Positions 55,356 through 64,000 of a stretch of DNA of 64,000 nt are shown one piece after another (positions within the stretch are counted from its first letter, which is position 1; each line of letters begins with the position of its first letter). Location: assembly GCF_009914755.1 (NCBI RefSeq), contig NC_060933.1. One strand, written 5' to 3'. This DNA comes from the human T2T-CHM13v2.0 reference genome, Homo sapiens. The notes under the pieces were generated by a model that worked only from the letters and a program-made list of their open reading frames with translations, made no database searches and was not told the DNA's origin. Position numbers and translations under genes: made by a program.

Positions 55356-56964
55356 TGTTTAGTTATGATAGTATTTATGATAATACAAGTTAGTAATGCA
55401 AAAGATCTTGTATATGGAATAGACTTATTTTGCCTTCTTTTTGTTTTAAAAAAGTATGGCATGTAAAAAAATGTTCTGACACAGTAATGGCTATCATAAG
55501 ATTGAATTATTGTAGTAATACCATAAAATGTAATAATGGTGAGTGGGATTAGCAACAGGAAGGATTAGAAGAATGTCATAATAATGTTGAGGTAAACTGA
55601 GTTAAAAAGATTTGCTGTGATTTCATGATCATGATCTAGGTGATTAAGTATACCTGCATATTGCTAAAAGTAGGCAATACTGAAGAGTCATACAACAGAA
55701 TAAGGTATAACTTCCAAGCCAATTGAACTACTATTTAAAAAGTCACCATTGAGAAGTTAGTAATTTAAATAATTCCCAATATCTGGAATTCAGATTGTAC
55801 TCTGGCCAAATTCTAACTTCTCTACATATATTAAATGAACTAGGTGACGGGCATCGGGGCAACCAGAAAACTTGTAAAATCTTTTAGTTCAAGGGTAGAA
55901 CCATCAGACACCTGACTGTGTGAGCTACTAACCTTCTGATTCAAATGTATGATGTAATTAAAAATATCCTGGGAAAGCATTTAGAATTTAAGGTGATTAA
56001 TGAAATAGTCTATTATTTAGATCTATTTTTCATAAGGCAAGATATTCCAACACATGCAGAGAGTGAAGGACACTATCTACAAGACTGTATAAGAAATTGC
56101 TTGATTGCTTTATCTGGGAATTATGGACAGTTCAAAATATACTTCTCACTAAAACTAAGCATATCCATATAGCATAGCAGGAATTTCCATCCCAGTAACT
56201 GTTATTTCACTTTTTAAAATCTGCTTATTACTTTCCATATTTAAAACATTTTAGGGTTGTTCTAAACAACAGTGTCAAAAATCTAAATTTGACTGACTTA
56301 TGATTTAGTGTTTATTCATTCTACTATCAAGAACCTGAGACAATGTGGAATTAGCCAGACTAGCTTATTCACCAAGTACCTTAGTCATTCAGTAGAATTT
56401 GATCATCAAAATATAGAATTATAATTATTCAGGTCTCAAACACTGCAGTGAGGGACGTATATTGATTCATGGCAATTCTTAAAGGGCAAAATCTGCAATG
56501 GTAATTCTTTAAAACCTCTGGGAAAAATAAAGCCATTCACCATGATTTTAACAACTTTATTTTGGTTGATTTTAGTCAAATATTTTCATTTGATACATAT
56601 TTTTAATGTATTTTAATGTATTTTATGGTAAAGGGCAAAATACTCACTTGCAGCCCAAAAGATTAAAGTATACATAAATAAAAAAACCACCAACTAAGAA
56701 CCAGAATAAATAAAGTAAATGATTTTTTTTAATGTAGAAAGCAGGATTTATCATGCTACATTTAGTTGAATCTAGTATGCAAACTTATTTACATGTTAAC
56801 TCAGAAATAGAATAGCATATTACAATCAATGACATATTTTGATCGGCAGCATTTTTCTTAGTGAACTATAAAATATTAGTGTATCAATCACCATGTAATA
56901 TCTTAAACGGTAACTTTTGTCTTACAAAAATCTACACCAAAGGACATTTGTGTATATAAATGAA

Positions 56965-56968
<4 letters not shown>

Positions 56969-57009
<41 letters not shown>
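56969..57009. repeat. (CA)n microsatellite
   Basis: Direct reading. Confidence 0.96.
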
Positions 57010-57011
<2 letters not shown>

Positions 57012-57019
57012 CATGTGGT

Positions 57020-57180
57020 AGAGTAACTGTCCAGAGGCAAATGTTGCCTCATTTTCCATTTCTGACATTAGTCGCTGCTGTCATACATCATTTCCATAAT
57101 TATACCTGGTATATGTAAAACAAATAATGGCAGAGCTTGACTTCTTAACAGGAAAAAATTAATGAGCAATTTTAAAAATG
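57020..57180 (+). repeat. Diverged direct repeat C, copy 1 (partner ~60617-60784)
   Basis: Shared collinear blocks agagtaactgt, ccatttc(t/g)gacatta, tatgtaaaacaa, gcagagcttgacttct(t/c)aacaggaa. Confidence 0.8.
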
Positions 57181-58625
57181 CATAGATTATAAAATATGTA
57201 AGATTTGAACTGGAATTTAGAAATTATCAGAGGTATTCAAGTACTAGTATTAATTATGGCATAATTTGAGATAATCTTTTAACTCTCTTCTTTCATAAAA
57301 TAATCATTTATGTCTCTCTGGCAAGATTGGGATGTCCCAATAGTAAAAGGAGAATTATTTGAAAATGTATCATTGAGAAGAGTTAATTATTTTTGTTACT
57401 ATATTTAAAATACATCCCTCTACTGACCAATTCATTACTGAACTATCCAGTACTGAAAACTGATTTTTAAATTGTTCTGAAAATATTAGCAAGTAGAGTT
57501 ATATGTCAAAAATATAAAAATATACATTTCAAATGAGATTATAAATACTACTTCCTAAAATAGAAATTTTAAATATTTGTTCCTTTGGATTGGTATCACA
57601 AAGTCTTAAGTCTAAACATTTTCAAGTTAGTTCAAAATAATTGTTGTTTGGAATTGTCAACTGCATGTCAATTAAACGACAGGAAATGTTTCCCCAAATA
57701 ATACATTTTTAGAATCTTGATTTGGACATTTTCTTGCAAAGGTTAGAAAGCAGGGTCATTTATTAATAAGACTGTTACAGATCATGATTGCAAATCCATA
57801 TATTCTTCATAAATAAGAATATGTATCTCATTTTTCTTAGAAGCAAGGCAGGCATCCAGTTTATTAAAAAATAGCATCATCATTAAGAAACAAGTTCAAA
57901 AGAAGTTGGTTACCAGAACCTGTCCTTTTTCTCTCCCGGAAATTATTAATGGATCCTTTAAAGGACGACTCCAGATGACCTCGGCTTCAGAGTAGTAGTA
58001 CAGTACAAGGTGTGTATGAGCATAGATAACTTAGGGTTTATAATGAGATTGTACATTTTGGCCTACACTTGACTCCTGTCCACAAGCTTAAAAATGAAGG
58101 AAGTAATGATTAAAGGAAGAAACCATATAATGTATTTTCTGCCAGAGTTCCATGCAACGAGGTAAAAAGTTGACAGTAGAACTTAAGGGAATAGCTGTGT
58201 CTACCAAACCACCTATGCCTCATGTAAATATTGACCTAAGAAACACTAGCTTGCTGTGTGTCAAGCAATAAATAAGCACACATTTCTGAGCAAAATGCCC
58301 ATTTAGATATATAATTGCAGATATGCTTCTGTTATTCCTTAATAAATTTTAGGTATCATACATATAAGCACTGAATTCAGAAAAGGTGATAATGCCTAAC
58401 TTGACAGAACATTGTAGACCAATCCATTAATTATACAGCTGCCCCCAAACACTCCTCTAAAAGCATCACTGATGTGATATTTCTGCTGAGAAAATTTGGA
58501 AATGGTTTAAGTCATATTATATTATGGTCAAAATTACCTGTAATCATTATTTGCCAAAATGTGTCCTACAAAAACTGCAAATTTTAAATTTTGTATAAAA
58601 TATTACATTATTCCTTTCAAAATAC

Positions 58626-60166
58626 AATGCCACTTTCAACAGAAATAGAAAAATGAAATTATTCTAAAATTCAAAAAAGAGCCCAAATAGCCAAGTCAAT
58701 CCTATGCAAAAAGAACAAACCCGAGGCATCATATTACCTGATTTTACACTATACTATAAAGATATAGTAACCAAAACAGCATAGTATTGGTACAAAAGCA
58801 CACATACAGACCAACAGAACAGACTAGAGAGCCCAGCAATAAAGTCACATACCTACAACCACCTGATCTGCAACAAAGTTGACAAAATAAGCAATGGGAA
58901 AAAGACTCCCTATTCAATTAATGGTGCTGGGATAACTGGCCCGCCATATACAGACGAATGAAACTGGACTCCTGCCTTTTACCATGTACAAAAATTAACT
59001 CAAGATAGACTGAAGATTTAGATGTAAAACTTCAAACTGTAAAAATTCTAGAAGAAAACCTAGGACATACCTGTCTCAACATTGGCTTTGGCAAATAATT
59101 TATGATCAAGTCCCCAAAAGCAATTGCAACAAAAACAAAAATTGAAAAATAGGATCTAATTAAACTAAAGCCCTTCTGCACACGAAAAGAAAAGGAAAAG
59201 AGTAAACAGAAAACCTACAAAATGAGAGAAAATATAAGCAAACTATGCATCAAGAAAAGTCTAAAATCTGGAATCTACAAGAAACTTAAATCAACAAGCA
59301 AAATTAAATAATCAAATTAAAAAATGAGTAAAAGACAGGAACAGACACATTTCATAAGATGACATACAAATGGCCAACAAACATGAAAAAAATCCTCATC
59401 ATGATGAATTATCAGAGAAATGCAAATCAAACTCACAATGCGACAGTTTCTTATACTACCAGTCAGAATGGCGATTCCTAAAAAGTCCAAAATTGATAGA
59501 TCCTGGCATGGCAGCAGAAAAACGGGAATGCTTATACTCTGTTGGTGGGAATCCAAATTAGTTCAGCCACTATGGAAAACTGTTTGGAGATTTCGCAAAG
59601 AACTTAAAAGTACTTTTTGACCTAGTAATCCCATTACTGGGTATATATCCAAAGGAAAATACATTGTTCTATCAAAAAGACATATGTATTCATAAGTTCA
59701 TTACAACACCATTTACAATAACAAACACATGGAATCAACCCAGGTGCCCATCTATGGTGGATCGGATAAACAAAATTTGATACATCTTGGAATACTATGC
59801 AGCCATAAAAAGAACAAAATCGTGTCCTTTGCAGTAACATGGATGCAGCTGGAGACCATTACCATAAGCAAATTAATGCAGCAACAGAAAAATAAATACT
59901 GCATGTTCTCACTTGTAAATGGGAGCTAAACATTGAGTATGCATGAATATAAAGATAGGAACAGTAGACACGGGGGACTACTAGAGCAGGGAGAGAGAAG
60001 TGGATGAGTGGGCTAAAAAATCCCTATAGGGTACTATGCTCACTACCTGGGTGATAGGATCATCTGTACCCCAAAACCTCAGCATCATGCAATATATCCA
60101 CATAACAAATCTGCACATGTACCTGTTGAATCCAAAATCAACGTTAAAAATAAAATAAAATAAAAT
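58626..60166 (+). mobile_element. 5'-truncated L1PB-type LINE-1
   Basis: ORF2 C-terminal remnants (ORFs 59420-59620, 59729-59929), 3'UTR cctcagcatcatgcaatat..gcacatgtacc, (TAAAA)n tail. Confidence 0.92.
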
Positions 60167-60616
60167 ATATGTTTAAAGCTTCCAGAATTGTAGGATTAGC
60201 TGACCGCTGTCTTGGTTTTAATATTTTACTCTGTCTATCCTCCTATTTATCCTATTTATTTAAAATAATTTTTCCTTCTTTCTTTATATATAAATATTCA
60301 TAGTAAATTCCAACCCCTAAGAGACCTATTATGATGGCTTTAATGTAAAATTACTCACAAGTCAGAGTCACTGGATGTTGAATGAGAAGAGAATGTCCTT
60401 AATATAAATTTGACATGATTTTCCAGATTCATAGAGCCACTTGAAGAAAAGGCATTGAAAATCAATTCCATGCTCCTTCTTTCCTAAACAATCATTTATG
60501 TCTTAATTAATAGATCTAAGAAACCAGAGCAACATTAAAATCATTAGAAATAAATAAACAACAGTATGGTTTTTTTTTTCTTTCTTTCTTTTTTTTTTTT
60601 TTTTCTGAAATGGGGC

Positions 60617-60784
60617 AGAGTAACTGTTCAGAGAAACCCGTTATCTTATTTCCCATTTCGGACATTACCCACATCTGTCATATGGAGACATAGCATATCT
60701 ATAATCATGTTTAGTTTATGTAAAACAAGATGCTGCAGAGCTTGACTTCTCAACAGGAATTGAAGTAAGGAATTAAAATAATGG
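60617..60784 (+). repeat. Diverged direct repeat C, copy 2
   Basis: Same collinear blocks as 57020-57180. Confidence 0.8.
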
Positions 60785-62391
60785 CTCTCATGGCAAAATA
60801 CTGCTGTGATGACAGTAAGCTAATTTTCCAGGCCTAAGAATTTCAAAAAATGTTTTGACAACCAACAGTGAAAAGCTTTCATCCTTGTTTCACTCTTACA
60901 CTAAGTGCCAGGTTTTTATGCATTAGTAATCGTGGACTACTTCAAAAGCAAGAATATTAGCATTACTGATTTGTTTTCCATTCTCACATAAAGGTTTCTC
61001 ACACTTTAAAATGTCCTATATGCTGTTTTAGGATTCATTACAATAATAATAAACTTCTAAGCGGGGTATTACAACCTTAAGGTGTCAGCATAGAATTTTT
61101 TTAAAAAATAGAAAACTATGCACAATTTTCAAAGAGGAAAGAGGCATAGGTGAGATATTTTGTCATTTTGCTGTTCAAAAAAAAATCCTGTATATATGAA
61201 GTCTCACAATGATACCTCAAATAGTAGAGAAATTCTTTCACTTTAATGGATTTAACTTTATATATTCTCTTTCTTTTTTCAATGCTAAATCTGAAAAACA
61301 CAGTTAAATATAAATAAGATAAAAGTACCCAATATCCCATAGATGGAGCATAATATAGACTACTTCATTACTTTTTCCAGGAGTCTGGAAATGCCTGTCA
61401 GGAATCCATAGTTGTTCCATATTTTACTTCAGAATCTATGAATGCATTATCCACAACATACCTGCATGTCATCTCTGATACTGACAATGCAACATTACAG
61501 AAAATAGATCAGCCCTACTGACATGAATGCAGTCTTATCCCTTCTGATTACTCATAATCAACAACTGCATTTCAATACAGAAGACTAGACAGTGGTGCCT
61601 TCTCTATATACCAGACAGCGTGAATAACAAACATGATATTTGATAAAATAATGAAGACTGAGATAATATGCATAGATTTTATTAACCTAATGCACAAAAC
61701 ATATCAATATTAATCTGAAACAGTTAAACTTCAAAGTCATTATGTGTTACATGATAATTAGCCATAATTACTCTTTACATGAGTTATTATCAATGGCATT
61801 AATTTATACAACCAAAATGCATCCTACTTCATGGATAAATACATGTATACATAATAGTTTGAATGATTTAAACTGCCATTATCTCTATCTACCCAGACCT
61901 CTGACATTGAATATATTAAAGCACAAGGGTCATATGTACTTTTTCCTATTAAAAAGTCAGTGGTTCTCTTGCCATTATATCCAATCTCTCATGCTTAGGT
62001 GTTGACATTGCTGGGGTGAACTCATCTGTTCCCATTCTATGTGAATTCTGTATATTCCTTTGCCCTATATCCACATCTGAGGAGACTTTGAAACACAACT
62101 AATATTCAGTAGGCTTACCGCATTAGAGTTTGGATTGACCATTCTGATTACATACGAGCGTAAACACCATCTTGAACAATGGAGGAAATATCATACAGGC
62201 AATAATGTTATTTCTTCTACGGTACACTACTAGAATTGGGCACTGGTCTGACATATAGAACAGGAAAAGTTACTAAGATATAAATTGAGATACATATCTG
62301 CAATTCTCTTTCATAGCTATCTTTTAAAACTGAATCTGTAGAACAACCAAAGTGGTGTGAAACATTCTCTATACATCACCCCTTTTATCTA

Positions 62392-64000
<1,609 letters not shown>

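Overview
AT-rich, CpG-poor primate genomic DNA, most likely hominoid/human: it carries Alu J/S, L1PA/PB/MC, MaLR/ERV LTRs, MIR, L2 and hAT MITEs, and one L1 has L1PA3/4-type diagnostic bases. I recognise no host protein-coding exon, RNA gene, CpG island or CRISPR array. The long ORFs derive from L1 ORF2, Alu, LTR12 or microsatellites. The window reads as a large intron or gene desert; LTR orientation bias weakly suggests a minus-strand transcript. The most notable structures are: three short non-tandem direct duplications of otherwise unique sequence (21.7/22.6 kb, 35.7/37.8 kb, 57.0/60.6 kb), one clearly pasted into an old L1; a twin-primed 5'-inverted L1PA at the right edge; a deletion-truncated LTR12 that keeps its CCAAT promoter core; nested LTR and Alu insertions; and a few pseudoexon and enhancer candidates. 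I found no evidence for a new multi-gene biological system. Subfamily calls, boundaries of old repeats and identity estimates are by eye and need RepeatMasker/alignment confirmation.
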